Shown piece after piece: positions 36,759 through 49,975 of a stretch of 64,000 nt of DNA (positions are counted from its first letter, which is position 1; every line of letters begins with the position of its first letter). The notes under the pieces are model-generated. The model searched no databases and was not told the origin of the DNA. It saw only the letters and a list, made by a program, of their open reading frames with translations. Position numbers and translations under genes: made by a program. This stretch comes from Spongospora subterranea f. sp. subterranea (taxonomy: Eukaryota), in NCBI GenBank assembly GCA_049724395.1, contig JAUGWO010000092.1, positions 1 through 64,000 on the forward strand, read 5' to 3'.

Positions 36759-39700
36759 CTAAAAGACACTCCGACATAGAGGGCAACTGGATCCTGATGA
36801 TGACGAAAACCATTTGTAGAGACACGCCGCATGGAATTTGTGTTTACAGACGCGGCAGGACAGTCGAGGGATTTGATCAGTTACTGCATGAATAATGGAG
36901 AAACATATCGGACAATCCTCAATACCGTCAAAATGAGCATCGACGTTCTTCTTCCAAAGCCAAACTGCGTCTCGCACTGATCCATTTCGCGAAGACAGTA
37001 TCATGGATATGTTTAACGTCCACCATTTGGACCGCTTGATATCCACTCCCTTGGTATCGCTGAGGTCCACTTCAGCTGCGCGGAGCGGGTGCTCGCTCGG
37101 TAATCGAATCACAAGACGCAGAGCGATCTCTGCATGTTTTAGCGAGGCGGTAATCTCCCCGGATTTAGAACACCTGATTGAAAATCCGTCGTCAAGGGCG
37201 GCAGATTTCAAAGCTGATACTTCGTCCTCAATTAACAAAGCGGTGAATCGCTTGGCCGTCACCTTTCGATACGCCTCAGCAGCAGATCGCTCACAGCTTG
37301 CCCACCAAACCCGAGACAGGACAGGGAAAGCGGATAATGCTCGATAGTAGACTAAGGACGCCAAAGATGAGAACAGACGGCATGAGTGAGGAGATCGTCG
37401 AACACGGCGAAGATATGTGGCAGCACGAATGGTCGGCGAAGGAATATTGGACTCTAAACACAATGTCGGTGTTGTAGGGGGTGACCCTAGAATATGCTCC
37501 AAAACTTCTTCGAAGAATGACGACATGCAGTTGGCGGGCATCATATCACGAATAAATGACAAGACGGTGTCTTTAATTTCGGCATTGATGATGCTAAACA
37601 TGTCAATATATGTGAGCCAGACGAGCATATATCGACGGACGAATGCGGGTGAAGCATCAATATCAGGTGAAGAGGCGATGACCTCAAATAAAAAAGAGGG
37701 ATAAAACGATTCCGCAATGGCCTTGATATCATTAGACCCTGGAGGAGGATTTAACTCTACACGATTGGCCTTCGCCTCGCATACAATAATTCTTGACATT
37801 AAACGATAACCGAGCAGGGCCATTTCTGCGTTTGGCGACAGCATCTCCTGAAGCAGATTGTTCATGAGAAGATGGCGAGCATCATCTGGAAGTACCATAA
37901 CGTCGAAATGCGATATTATTTGCCCAAGATTTGAAACCATGCTAGGCACCGAGGCAATACCGTTGAGAGATGACGGGCTTAGCAAAGGCAAACAATGGTC
38001 GATGGCGTCGTGTATATGCGCTGGCGTAGAGCCGCAGGTGTTTACAACGGCGCTGAGAAGCGAAAGCGCAGCGTTAACGCGTTCGGAATCGTCCCCCTGT
38101 TCTTGAAGAGTATCAACAATCCACGTAATGCAATCGACGATTTCATTGCTAGATTCAAAAACAGGGAATGTGAGAATCGCTGCTGAAGTCACTTGGGACC
38201 ACGACCGCCACATTTCAGGCTTCGTCGAGAGCAAGGCAGCACAGCTCCAGACAGCGTCACGAGGGATATCGACTCCAACTAATATGGCAACAGACAAGCA
38301 CTTAGCAGCGCCTTCGACATCACTTGCGCCTTCCATGCACATTTCAGTCCAACATGTGCAACTGCGTTCAAGAAGCTCAACAGCCAGCTCCGTACCAAGA
38401 GAATGAATCGCAGGGATTAGGGCAGACTTTATAGTGCAAACAGGAACGATCGAAAACTGTTCAACAATAAGATCCGGATACGGTTTGACAATTGTCAAAC
38501 ACAGCGTCCTCAGATAATCTTGGAATGAATACCGATCGGGAAAAAAACTCATCAGCAATTGACCATGCTATAGCGAACATCTCCGTCAAGACATCCGACG
38601 AGAAGGTCCTGTCCAAAACGTACCGGGAAAACAAGCGTTGAGCGCGGCGATCGAGAAACAGATGCGACTCCATCATTCCAAGGCTGGGCAACAAATGAGC
38701 GGAGACGCAAGAAACATCTTCCAACATTTCCACGGTTTCGATGAGGGCATCGCGAATAACAACAGCAGTGTCAGGATTTACTAAAGACAACAACGTCGAA
38801 TATGACGGGAAACACTCATTAATAGCATCTGTAGGTACGGAATGGACAAAGTTTGCCCAGAGAGTATGATCGAAATCAGAAACGCGACAGTGAACGATTT
38901 GTTGTAACAAACTGTCACAAATATTGCCACACGGTCTAACCGATAGACTTGACCATTTTTCTTGTGCTAACGTAGACAGATGAGCGATATATGGCGATAC
39001 GGTTTCGTAAATGCTTTCTGAATCAACATCTTCATCACAATTATGCACGGAAAATAAGAGACACCCTAGCCAAAAGTAGCAATCCGATAGAATCTCGGGA
39101 ACGCATACCGGTTTCACATAGCGCCAGGATTGCAACGCACGCTTGTGCACATAACAATTCGAAGGCAGAGGGGTCGGCTATAAACCTGCTTTGTGCAGTA
39201 TTGTCTTGCACCATTTTGGAGAGAACAACAAGGTGATCTAGAAGCTGACGTATTACATGATCTTCCTGACTCGGATACGAAAGCAAAATGGAAAATGCAT
39301 TATGAAACTGATCGATATCGTTGATTAAAGTCGAAGGAGCAAAAAACCGAGCCAAAACTGCAGCTGAAAGCTTTTGGAACAAGAAAGATTCGGTTGCCTC
39401 GACAGAGATATGAACTACGAGCTGAATCAATACAGTATTGGATGAATGCGCGGAAACACATTCAAAAAGTTGAGAGTTATACGAAGGTATAGCTCGGCAA
39501 ACAAACTTGAAGTACACAGGTGGAACAGTTGCAGATAAAACAGCTGTTTTCCATGATTGAAAGATGAATGATTCCATCTCTTGAGATAACTTTATATCGT
39601 CTAGTAGCATATCAGACAGCGTTATGTAAGGGACCTCCCATCTAGAAACTGCCATGGCGAAGACCTGATCTGCCAGGCCTGGTTGATTTGCTGCAGCCAC

Positions 39701-41355
39701 CAACTCATATACACTGTGACACATCGCTCCTCCTGATGAAAGAGCCTGTTCACAGATGGCAACCAGAGATGATTTGTCCCATTCTGCAGGTAAATCAAGA
39801 CGGAAAATGCCCCCTAAAACCACAAAGGTGCTGGCAATCACTTTAGCGCGAGGAAAAATGAGCTCGATGGGGCCACGATCAACTGCACTCTGTAAACGGG
39901 AAAACGCTTCGGATATTCTATTGACAACGAACTGCTGGAGTAACTCGGTACGAATTGCTCCAGATAAACAATACGAGTAAATCAGGCGAAAACATGATGA
40001 ATACGCATCGAGTAGTGAATCTGCAATTTTCTGCCCCAGAGTAAATCGATCAGCAGCGGACCATATAGCAGTAAGCAGCCTTTGGTAGTAAGTAAAAGCC
40101 GGTGCTATCGAGGTACTCTCTTTCCATGACTTCAGAATCGGCACGCATGATGTGTACGTGTGCTGATCCGCTTCTGGTGAGTTAATCAACTGAAGCAATT
40201 GATCGATATGTTCAGAAGACCAGTGGTTAGGAAACCGTGATGACAGCGCGATAAGCGCTGGCCACATGTATCGTCGGGAAATTTGATTAGAGGAATAGAG
40301 AATAGAGTAACCTTCCCCAGGATCCTCCCAGTTCGTACAATGTTTTGTGATAAACTCCAACACCGATCGATAGATAGCAACTCTGCCGAGTTTCAGAAAT
40401 TGAAGTATAGTCTGGCGCAATTCTAAGACGGAACTCGCTGGAAACGATGATGCAGCCATTATACAGCAGCTGATCACCCGGTTATACCGTTCTTCTACTT
40501 CATCCTTCGAATCGTGCGGCTCACTGAAATCCTTGACAGACATTTTGAGAGTCGACGAAGAATATGATAGAAAATGGGGGAGAAGATATTGTCGAGCAGT
40601 TTCTTGCTTCGACGTATCGGGGAAGGCGGTCGCAAATGATGCATTCGCAGCGATGGAAACTGAATTCGCGGGATCATGAAGACTACATAGCCAAGGTCCA
40701 GCGATAACGGGTAAAACAGGGGAAATAAATTTGCCAATAACAGAAATCCAGAGCATCCATTGTTTCATGTGCCGCCTGCCTGACAAGACCTGAGGAAACA
40801 AGGTCGTAAAGCTAGACGAAAATGTGTCAAGACGAATTATTACGTGAATTATCCAGCGTCAGTCTGTTGAATCTTTTCGCCCACAAGGGTGTCAGCTCCT
40901 TGACCATGTCAATATCTCCCGACTAACAGTCGAAACTCTTAATTTGAAGCTCTTCCAACGTCATGGAAAAGGTTTACCTGGAATAGTTCTTGGATAGAAG
41001 CAAGCGCTTTGACCCTTGTAATAGGATCCCGTTTGCCAAGAAGGCGAACGCATCGATTATATTCCGGATTATCAGACAATCCACTGCACATCATGGTAAA
41101 TACATGAACGGAACACCATTGCTTCTCTTTCAACAGCAATTACCTGTCGATTCCGCCGGCTGGACTGTCGGCGCTCAGTCGAAAAGACGCTAAACCTCCT
41201 TTGAATATGGTCGGAGCAGGACCCGAAGATGGCTCAACGATATGCTCTGCAAATCGAGCACTACTGGCTCCTGAAAGCTTGGCGACTCGATTCTCAGCAT
41301 TCTTCTTCTTGGAGACCTTCGACGCTTCCGATGATTTACCACCGGTCCTCCTCAT
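36759..41355 (-). CDS. LTN1: E3 ubiquitin ligase listerin, spliced
   Basis: N-terminal ASSARFAE and LLGKRDPITRVKAL; C-terminal FPVLSRVWW, RWD-like region, RING CPICFSIIH...CRVCKHKFHAACLYKWF...CPLCRSVF. Confidence 0.95.
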
Positions 41356-41662
41356 TGTGCGACCTAATAATCCGCGATCATAAGAAAATGACCGTAGAGG
41401 GGTCGGTTTGATCGCAGAGAATTGTGAAGAAACACTCAAGCGAATGAGGGAAACGAACTGCTGAAGGGTAGTGTCTGGTAGATATACAGTAACGGAGCAG
41501 GTAGGTTGGATGTACTGTATAGGGATGATCATTATCATGACCTGGTTGAGAAACATCAACACTCTGCAATTGCCGTGTCGGTTTATTAAATTAAAAAATA
41601 GTTATCGGAATGGGCTCATATTTACGGTGGAAGTGCCGTTATCTAGACTGATCGTTAGGGCC

Positions 41663-42909
41663 TTATCCTGTATTTGAATGGAGATCGAAACCGGTGAACC
41701 GTCGTTGAGCGTAATCGAGGAAGTCGAAATCGATTGTGGAGATACCGGATTGTGCAATGGACCAGAATCCCCACCACATGTGGCTAACAAGTATCCAAGG
41801 ATCCACTTCGTCCTGCATAGCATCGATGACTTTATCATCGATAGTATCTGCATCAGCATGTGTTAACGAGGCGAGATATTCGCGAAAAAACGTCCTTTGA
41901 AACTTCTTAGAAGGGAATTTATCCCATGCACATTCGAAGCCGCATATTTCACAGAAATGGTTGGCTATATCAAACCCTCGATAATTATAGCCTGCATACT
42001 ACGGCGAAACAAACAATCAGAGCCCAGAGCCTCTAAACATTTTATATTCGGTTGTACCTCGAAGTCAATAAACTGGATGTTGTGCTTGACCGGGGTCGCC
42101 TTATCTACAATTATGTTGCCACAAAGCAGATCATTGTGTGCCAAAACTATCGGAGACTGTGAAGATGATATTAAGTTGGTTCTGAGAGTACTCAGCTGTG
42201 ACATTCTTGTCTTCATGTCGATGGTTTTAAGCACTTGTTGTTGAGCAGGATTCGCAGCGGATTCAACTTGGCCAGCTTTTTCTATGAAAGTATCTAATGT
42301 TGCCCACATTGACGATTTGGTTGAATTCAGTACAGATGAACACAATCTGACGGAATGCATCTCTGCTAAACGCTTGGCTATCGCCACAGAAATAGCCGGT
42401 TCTGCCATCTCGGCCAATGTGATCGAGCGCCCGTTGACCCATTCTTCAACACGACCATTAGAGAATTCGCCATATATCAGTTTGCCAAACCCCAATTTGG
42501 ACAGCCCTGTAGTTATTTGCTCTTCTCTCCTTCGATCTATTATAGTTTCGGTGTCATCGCCAAATATTCTGACGACCACTGAGAATTGATCATCTGTCCA
42601 GCATCTTCGCTGATGGCGATTTAGTGAAGAAACAGTTTTTGGAGAGGGGTGTATCAAACCTATACAATGAATTAGTTATTCCTCCAGGAAGAAATTCGCA
42701 GTGCATTGGTTGATTGGGCAGCAGGTTCTTCCAGTGCCCAACCGTTGCCACACAGATATCCCTTAGCCTCCGTTTTGTCTCTTCAACATCGCCAGTAAGC
42801 ACAATCTGTTGCTGTGATATCACCAAAGGTTCGCCCTACAGATACAACGATATATAAAACACAGAGGGAATGGCCAAACTCTTCTGAAACCAACTTTGCC
42901 TAAATCCAT
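41663..42909 (-). CDS. Ethanolamine/choline kinase, spliced
   Basis: LPGGITNSLYR, VVVRIFG, FSNGRVEEW, LAHNDLLCGNII, FIDFE, ANHFCEICG, SHMWWGFWSIAQ...IDFDFLDYAQRRF. Confidence 0.93.
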
Positions 42910-43435
42910 ATTCCGTGTATGTAATAACTAATTCGTAAATGTCAGCAAAACCGTATTCTGTCAAGAGACTGGCCGAATAGCTTATTATTCTACTGTATCA
43001 GACTTGCGGTTTCGCCGATTTTCTGGTTCGCTATCTGCGATTTTGGGAGGTGTGAGAGTTGAGCGGTGGGCCGGGTGTAGTCAATAATCAGACCTTGCGT
43101 TAGACGGAATGCGCGGGGACCGGTCGCGACCCAAACCGATCAAGCAGGGCGACTCCAGCCGCAGACCGATATCAGTCAAGGGGGCGTGCGACCAGGGCGA
43201 TCACACCTGATATACAGTATTGACATTCGCCAACCAGAGACCGATAGTCAAGGGGGGCGCGGCCCGATTAGTAACGCTACTTAGTCGCCGACTACACTAA
43301 GAGCCATCTCATTCTCAGACCCCGTTCACTATCGTAATACCGTTTCACAACGATAATCATTGAGGATTGAGCGGATAGATACTGGCCGGGTTCTGGGATT
43401 CTCTAGAAGGGTGCGGCTGATATCAAGACCACGCC

Positions 43436-45901
43436 ATGGATGAGGAAACCGGCGTCGCTTTTAAGCTCTCATGCGGTTGGTGAATGGGAATAATTCAAGA
43501 TCAGCGGGATATGTTAATGTTTTTGTATGTTAGCGGATGCGTCGGCTGATTTATTAGCACTGATTGGCTATGGCCATAAGGACTCCATTCCTAATATGGC
43601 AATCGATATGCTCCCGGATTCTGGTTTTTTACAGATATCCATGGAGCCGTCACGACTGTTGCCATTGATAGATTCTATGAATGCTGTTAAGTCGTCAACG
43701 CAAATCAAACAGATCCCGGCTGAACAATTCCTGACCAGCCTCAAATTAGAGCCTGGTCCCCCATTAAAGATGCTGGAGGCATTTACCAAACCTAAGAAGG
43801 TAAAGAAGAAAAAACGGCGATTAAAAGATGCGGTGCCAGGCTCAAGCAGACCCTTAAAACGAGAGAAAGTTGCCCCCAAAGATGTTCAATGAGCTTTATT
43901 AGCGATGACATATCTATCAGTAAATATCGTGGAATTTAATATGCCACGAGAAGAGCACAGTACTATTGATCGTGAGATAATTGTGATAGCCTTCGCCGAA
44001 TCGTCTTCATCATGCATCAACAGACGGGGCACATTGTGCCCCTAATGCTTCTCAGTTGATGACGAGCTTAAGAGGAGTTGGTATTCTACAATTGTATTCA
44101 TATTATATATGTATATCAATCAGCACCATTTCCTAGGTTCTGTAGAATCCGATATTCCGGAATTCGTATTGAATGGATCGACTCGGGCAAGGCGATTAAG
44201 CATTCCAGGTTTTTTACGAAAGAACCCCATCAAATTTCGAACGTCTCCGAAGGTGGTGCGAAAATGGATCGACAAAACCTTGAACATCAAGAAGATGTTG
44301 GAAGCCGCAACTGCGACGTCTCCGGAGCTCGTTGAAACCGCTGTCGTTTCTTCAAAATCTTTAACGAGAGCTGATCCCGAAATATGCGTCTTCAGCGCTT
44401 TGACGTATTTAGATGCTGGGGATAACAATATCCCATTGCACCATTTGCGATATCTGCCTGCCCTGGTTGAGCTCCATCTACACTGTAATGGAATCTCTGC
44501 AACAACTGTAGCTGACGACATGTTCCCACACCTTCGGATTCTGGGTCTGGCGTATAATCAACTCGGAACATCTGCAATTCAAAATTTATCGTCGATTAAA
44601 GAGCTTGAAGAGCTCGATTTGGGCTGTAATGAGATTTCTTCCATGCCATCAAACATGGATACCTTTGCAGCATTGAAAAAGCTGTCTCTAAGAAGAAATA
44701 TGTTAAGGAACGAATCAGTCTGGAGCAATTTGAGCAAGATTCCAAATTTACTGGTTGGTGCTTGGAAAATCAAATATTCACAGACGTGACAAATGGTCAA
44801 AGGTTTTAGATGTCAGTGAAAACGGTTTAAAAGGCGTACCGACAGCGTTTCTTCGAAACCCTGGGGGCTTCGATTCATTGCAGTTCCTGGATGTGTCTTA
44901 TAATTATGTTGAAAATGAGTCCGACCTTCTAGGACTCGCTGGTTTTGGGTCTCTGGAGGAGGTGGACGTTCGAGGGAACCCACTGATTCGCCCAATTCAA
45001 ACAGGAACTGAACTAAGGACACTATATCCAGTTCTTTACGCTAATCTCATTGAGCCTTGTGATCTCACTGCGATATTGTACGATGCTGATGCATTCCCAA
45101 ACAGCAAGAATGGACACCTACTGAAGCCTATCCATGAGAGCCAAGATGTAATCCGCTCACGATGCTAATAACGCTCATTATACCGATAATGTGAAACCGC
45201 ATCGATGTTTCGTCATGAATATCGTCACTGACTATGTCTCAGACGTTCATGACTTCTGTGAAAGAAAATTTCAACAATATGTCGGAATGCCCGGAAACTG
45301 CTCTTCATTCAAAACTGTATCTGGTTCTGTCATAATCCGTACGTTTGGTCCTTGATTCCGCTTGTTGTAGTGTCGACCTTGAAGCAACCGGGACGTTTTC
45401 GGATAATGCAGAAGTCAACGTTGGTTACTCATTGAAGGCGCTTAAGTAAGAATTTTTTTTTGTTTACGTTCATAAGTTGACGGCTCAATTAGGGTTGCTC
45501 TGGATCATCCGCTCATCTATCATGACAAAGGAAATCAACGACATTACGAAGTTAGCAACGCAGCATTTGAACGACGACGCAGACCTGATAGTAGGGCGGC
45601 TTCTGGCAAAGGTACACATGTTCAACAATACTTTGCAAGTTCTCATATTTTTGCAACAGTTCAAACTGATCGTGTCAAGTCTCTGAAGACCTTAAAGCGT
45701 TTCCACGTCCCCCGCTCTACAGTTCCGGCTCATAAAAAGTTCGAGGACGAACTGGATTTGAGGCTGAAAAAGTGCATGATAGTGCAGAAGAACCCTGTTT
45801 CTGTACCACTAAGGGACCCTCCCGAATTTCTCTTGCGTTCAAAGGAAGAGAAAGACGTGCAAGCCATTCTAGACCTTGTCATTTCGAAACTGCAAAAGTG
45901 A
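43436..45901 (+). CDS. Leucine-rich repeat protein (XRRA1-like), spliced
   Basis: Tandem LRRs LTYLDAGDNNI, LVELHLHCNGI, LRILGLAYNQL, LEELDLGCNEI, LKKLSLRRNML, LDVSENGL, LQFLDVSYNYV, LEEVDVRGNPL. The XRRA1 assignment is recalled similarity only. Confidence 0.75.
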
Positions 45902-46442
45902 TAAATAGATATACATTATTTAACTGGACATATATTTCTCGATAACAAGAACCAGTATCATATCTTCCATTTCACAACATCAGAGGTTTTGAAACTTGTG
46001 CATTGCCGTTGAGTTCAGCTTTCCAGAGATTTTTCTTTGGCAAAATCAAGATTCAACTGTTTTCGCCATTTTTAGAAGATTTTTGCGTCTTGTGATGCCA
46101 AATTCAGGCATTATCGGACTGACGACAGTGTTTTGCACATACTTCGTAGTTATTTACAATGAAAGTATACATATATATGGCCTGGGTTCGATATGTTTGT
46201 TTTGCCGGGCAAGACTGCAAATTTCGCTTTTTTCCATGGATAAGCTCAGCACAATCGGGTTAACTTTAACTTCAGAAAAGACAAAATCGACTGATAAAAC
46301 TATCTTGCCAGCCGATTTTTCTTACATCGCTGACCTTCACATCGTTCAGACAACATGTGGCGAATTAAAAGAAGAGAGAAGATAGGGATTGAAATTTATG
46401 AAAGAATTGATCATGATTTTAACGCAGGGATTGCAATGCTGC

Positions 46443-46877
46443 TCAGATAGGTTTCGGAACGAAGGATGGCCTTTGATATCGGTCAGAACGCAGATCTGGA
46501 GAATCGTCGCCATCATCATAGGAAATTGTGCTGCTATATGAGAGGTCCATTTCCGAATCATCATCACGTTGGAACACTGCGACCTTGTTCGTATCGAAGG
46601 TGGAGTCGGAGTACGATGACGAAACGGATGTGAGCGTCGTTCTATCGTCGTCAAGGCCTTGAATCGCACTAGATCCAAACATGGAGGGGGGGCAATAATA
46701 ATAATCGGCAGCATACGGATGGCAGGACCAGTACGGGGCATGTTCTTGCTCCACAATTGTCGCCATGCAAATTGGAGGATGCGCTCCCGATGTCACAACG
46801 GTTGCTCGAACGACAGGAACCATTACTCGCAGTTCAACGAGCTTCATTTGATCAGACGTTGTGTATGAGTCGAGCAC
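46443..46877 (-). CDS. Hypothetical Ser/Asp-rich small protein
   Basis: Open frame with a plausible internal ATG (MATIVEQE); no recognisable motif. Confidence 0.3.
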   Translation of the reverse strand: MLDSYTTSDQMKLVELRVMVPVVRATVVTSGAHPPICMATIVEQEHAPYWSCHPYAADYYYCPPSMFGSSAIQGLDDDRTTLTSVSSSYSDSTFDTNKVAVFQRDDDSEMDLSYSSTISYDDGDDSPDLRSDRYQRPSFVPKPI

Positions 46878-47206
46878 CGATACAAGACCTGGACTGATAT
46901 GAGTCTACTCTGAGTTGTTCCAGGTTCGGTCTGAGTCCAGTAGGCGATTCGGTCAAGTTCTAAGCTCAGACTAACTGGACTCAACTGACGATCGTCATAA
47001 CTAGCTAGATTAAGCTAATGCTGAGCGGGTTGGTGTTCTAGTCCCAACTCTACAATATACATGGACCTGCATTGACGGCCTGGTCACCAACAGACACAGA
47101 GTGGCAGGTCATGGCCATCGTCATACATGACCGCCGGCGTGGGGCACTGACCCACCGTGATGCCTGCATACACCTCTTGGCCATATCAACACCGCTGCAC
47201 TGAATT

Positions 47207-47304
47207 TACCGTGATCAACGGTATGATACAGAGCCCGTTACTGCTGCCAACACTATACCGTGATCCACGGTATAGTACAGAGCCCGTTACTGCTGTCAAC
47301 ACTA
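47207..47304. repeat. Two 49-bp tandem copies, each beginning with an imperfect palindrome
   Basis: taccgtgatc(a/c)acggtat..tacagagcccgttactgctg(c/t)caacacta at 47207 and 47256. Confidence 0.9.
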
Positions 47305-47399
47305 TATTGGTGAGGTCTCTCGGAAAGATCCGGTCATTAGCGTGTTGTGGGAGGAACAGATGATGAATCTTGTATGGCGAGGGTCTCTCATTTGGATAT

Positions 47400-47880
47400 C
47401 ATCAATCATTCATGTAATCAATGCGGTTAGTTTGACGTGTATGGCCATCAAAATCACCATTTGCGTTTTTGTCAACGATCGAACAGGAGATGCAAAAAAA
47501 AAGCGTTGTCCCTCCATGTGTCCAGTATAAAGGCTAAACCAGCTGGGAATAGTAGTCCATTACGAGTTCCGGTGGCGATAACTTGGCCCTCCTGAATCAT
47601 AGAAACGCTGTTCTTCCTGACGATTGGTTCAGCACCGTTGTCCAGCGCTCTGCTCAATGACATCGGGTTTGTCTTCACACATATGAAGGGAGTTTCGCAG
47701 AACGTTACCCCTTTTTCTGTGATATTCTCCATGCGCCTTTTACGGCCATCTTTGCGCCATCCCCAATGATGACTTGGGTCAGTTGGAGGTTCGTCAATGG
47801 TGGTAAGGTTGACGGCGTCGCTTGTCCTGGATCTGAGGTACTTCATGACCTCGTCCAACCAAGTTTGTTTTGTCGTCTCC
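47400..47880 (-). mobile_element. Copia polyprotein remnant (gag to protease/pre-integrase region)
   Basis: TPFICVKTNPMSLSRALDNGAEPIVRKNSVSMIQEGQVIATGTRNGLLF matches the NLLS..L...G....F......G..IATG.R...LF segment. Confidence 0.6.
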
Positions 47881-48563
47881 CCTATGGCTGCTGCTGCGTG
47901 TTCTGTCCAATAATAGGATGACGACTTCCTCTTCGTCCACTTAACGTCGACCAGCGATAGGGTTTGAAATGCGATAGGCCCCGATATAATGCATGAAAAC
48001 AGATTCGGGCAGAGCCCAGAGATATCTGCAGTTGAAAGGGGGTGTCCAGTAAATGCTGCTGTCGAATGACATCATCATCATATCCATCACGGTTCACGGG
48101 ACTTGAGATATTCATAATCAACTGGTGTATTCAACTGAATATCAGGATCAACCCATCAAATCTCCCTCTTCAACACACCACGAAGGTGAATCGTTCAACA
48201 GAATCACGTCTGGACGGAAAAAGACGTAAAACGCGAAGAGCATTCGACGACCCCGATCGGTATCCGATTCGACCAATCTGTGGTAGGTAGTCGGGTCTGT
48301 ATAGGACAAGGACGACCCAGAATACGCTGCACAATGTGAATCAGCACAGTTCGGATCTATCAATGGTCACGATTGTGCCTGTCAAAGTGGCACAGAACAC
48401 CATTGCTTATGGGACTCAAACTCACACGATGAACGGTGGGCGGCGCATTCCCCATCGCCATGATCATTGTGATCTCAGGGCTATCATAAGCTAAGGACAG
48501 AGGGCGATTGCTCGACCCCACCCGGATTGCGCCACGATCGGTGTCTGTGCGATTCCCACTAGC

Positions 48564-49961
48564 TCATCGTTTATTGTGCTGGAATAGACTGGGGATGAAC
48601 CGGCGTCGTCGCGCGTCGACCTGAGCACAGTGCTGACGGGCGATCTCAGAGATGTCCTTGGACAGCGGGACGATATACGACGAATCCAGTTGTTTCGCCT
48701 TCACGTATGCCGACGCCAAACCCATGACGGAATCCCCATCTCTAACCACGATCCGGTCCTGATTCGCTGTTTTCCCACCTGGCCCTGAACGGACCACGAT
48801 CACCAGCTCCGGCTGGACGAATCGGTTCAACCGGGAACAACGCCGGGTCAACGCGATCGTGGTCGTTTGACGGCGTTGGGGCCGTTGTAGTAGTCGGTGA
48901 ACCCACGCGCGATGAAGTTCTGGCGTCGGCGCCCGCAACCGAATCACGCCGTCGTGATCCGCTGACGTGAAACAGATGAGATCGGGTTGGGATTGGTCGT
49001 CGATCACGCCGAGACCGGTTTTCGCCAACCGACAGACGAACTCCCGCGACTGTTTCGAACAGATCAGGAAGTGGTTCGTGAGCGATAATATCACGATATC
49101 GGTGGTGATGGCGGTTCCGGCTGCATCGTTGGTCACCATCTGACATTCCCTGCAACTGCCCAGTTTCCCTTGGAGTTCATCCAGAACCGTCTCGGGCAGA
49201 TTTCTGATCGACAACTTGACCATAATGAGACGAAGCCGTTGACGAACGGATTCAAGTGTCGGGTTTTGTTTGAGTTCCCATTCCAGAGCGTTTAGTTGAT
49301 TTCGCGTGCGAGCGGCGCTGCGGCGGATATCGGAACCTCGGGGGAGATGGCGACGGATCGCGGCGATACGCCGAGCGAGTTCACCGAGGACGTCGACCGG
49401 CAACAACAGCGCCGTTATCGGGTCGAGACGCGCTGTCGTGTTCAACCAGTTCCGACGTTGGGTTCGGGTCCACGACCAGGGCGCAGCTGTGTCGCCATCT
49501 GGCGACATGATCCGCCTGAATTCGTCGTCCGCAACGTGTTGCTCGATCGCGCGGAGGACGGCGGGGAGATCGTCCACGACCCACGCTCGGCTACAGCGAA
49601 TCAGATCGGGACCGTATTCGGATAACAGCGTCAGAACCGAGGCGGAATCGCCATTGAATCCGGCCGGATCGGACCCGTTCAGCACATCCTGAACCTGACG
49701 ACACAGATGTCCATGAACGGCGATCAGGTCGGTAAATCCTGAGAGGTTCGCGGCGCCCGGTTTGGTTCTCGGAGAATATCTGACAATCGGTTTGATGACG
49801 ATGGATAACGCCTGCGAAAGGTGATGAGAACAGGCCAGTTCCGACAACAGAAGGCGTTGTAGCGCCAACGACCCGGCGTTCATGGGCCGATTCTCCCGAT
49901 ATCGAGTGATTAATATCTGCACAGTCCGGTCAACGCTGGTTCCATCGTTGGGTGGCAACAT
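48564..49961 (-). CDS. Divergent DH-PH (RhoGEF-like) protein, intronless
   Basis: LQRLLLSELACSHHL (DH helix 1-like); LLLPVDVLGELARRIAAIRRHLP (LI.PVQR...LLK.TP-like); PH-like ILSLTNHFLICS...IRLRAPTPELHRAWVHRL. Confidence 0.55.
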   Translation of the reverse strand: MLPPNDGTSVDRTVQILITRYRENRPMNAGSLALQRLLLSELACSHHLSQALSIVIKPIVRYSPRTKPGAANLSGFTDLIAVHGHLCRQVQDVLNGSDPAGFNGDSASVLTLLSEYGPDLIRCSRAWVVDDLPAVLRAIEQHVADDEFRRIMSPDGDTAAPWSWTRTQRRNWLNTTARLDPITALLLPVDVLGELARRIAAIRRHLPRGSDIRRSAARTRNQLNALEWELKQNPTLESVRQRLRLIMVKLSIRNLPETVLDELQGKLGSCRECQMVTNDAAGTAITTDIVILSLTNHFLICSKQSREFVCRLAKTGLGVIDDQSQPDLICFTSADHDGVIRLRAPTPELHRAWVHRLLQRPQRRQTTTIALTRRCSRLNRFVQPELVIVVRSGPGGKTANQDRIVVRDGDSVMGLASAYVKAKQLDSSYIVPLSKDISEIARQHCAQVDARRRRFIPSLFQHNKR

Positions 49962-49975
49962 GGGCACGCGTTCAG

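Noticed and set aside
47882..48470. Short Cys-containing or lipase-like frames
   Set aside because: No start-to-stop gene model or diagnostic motif could be established.
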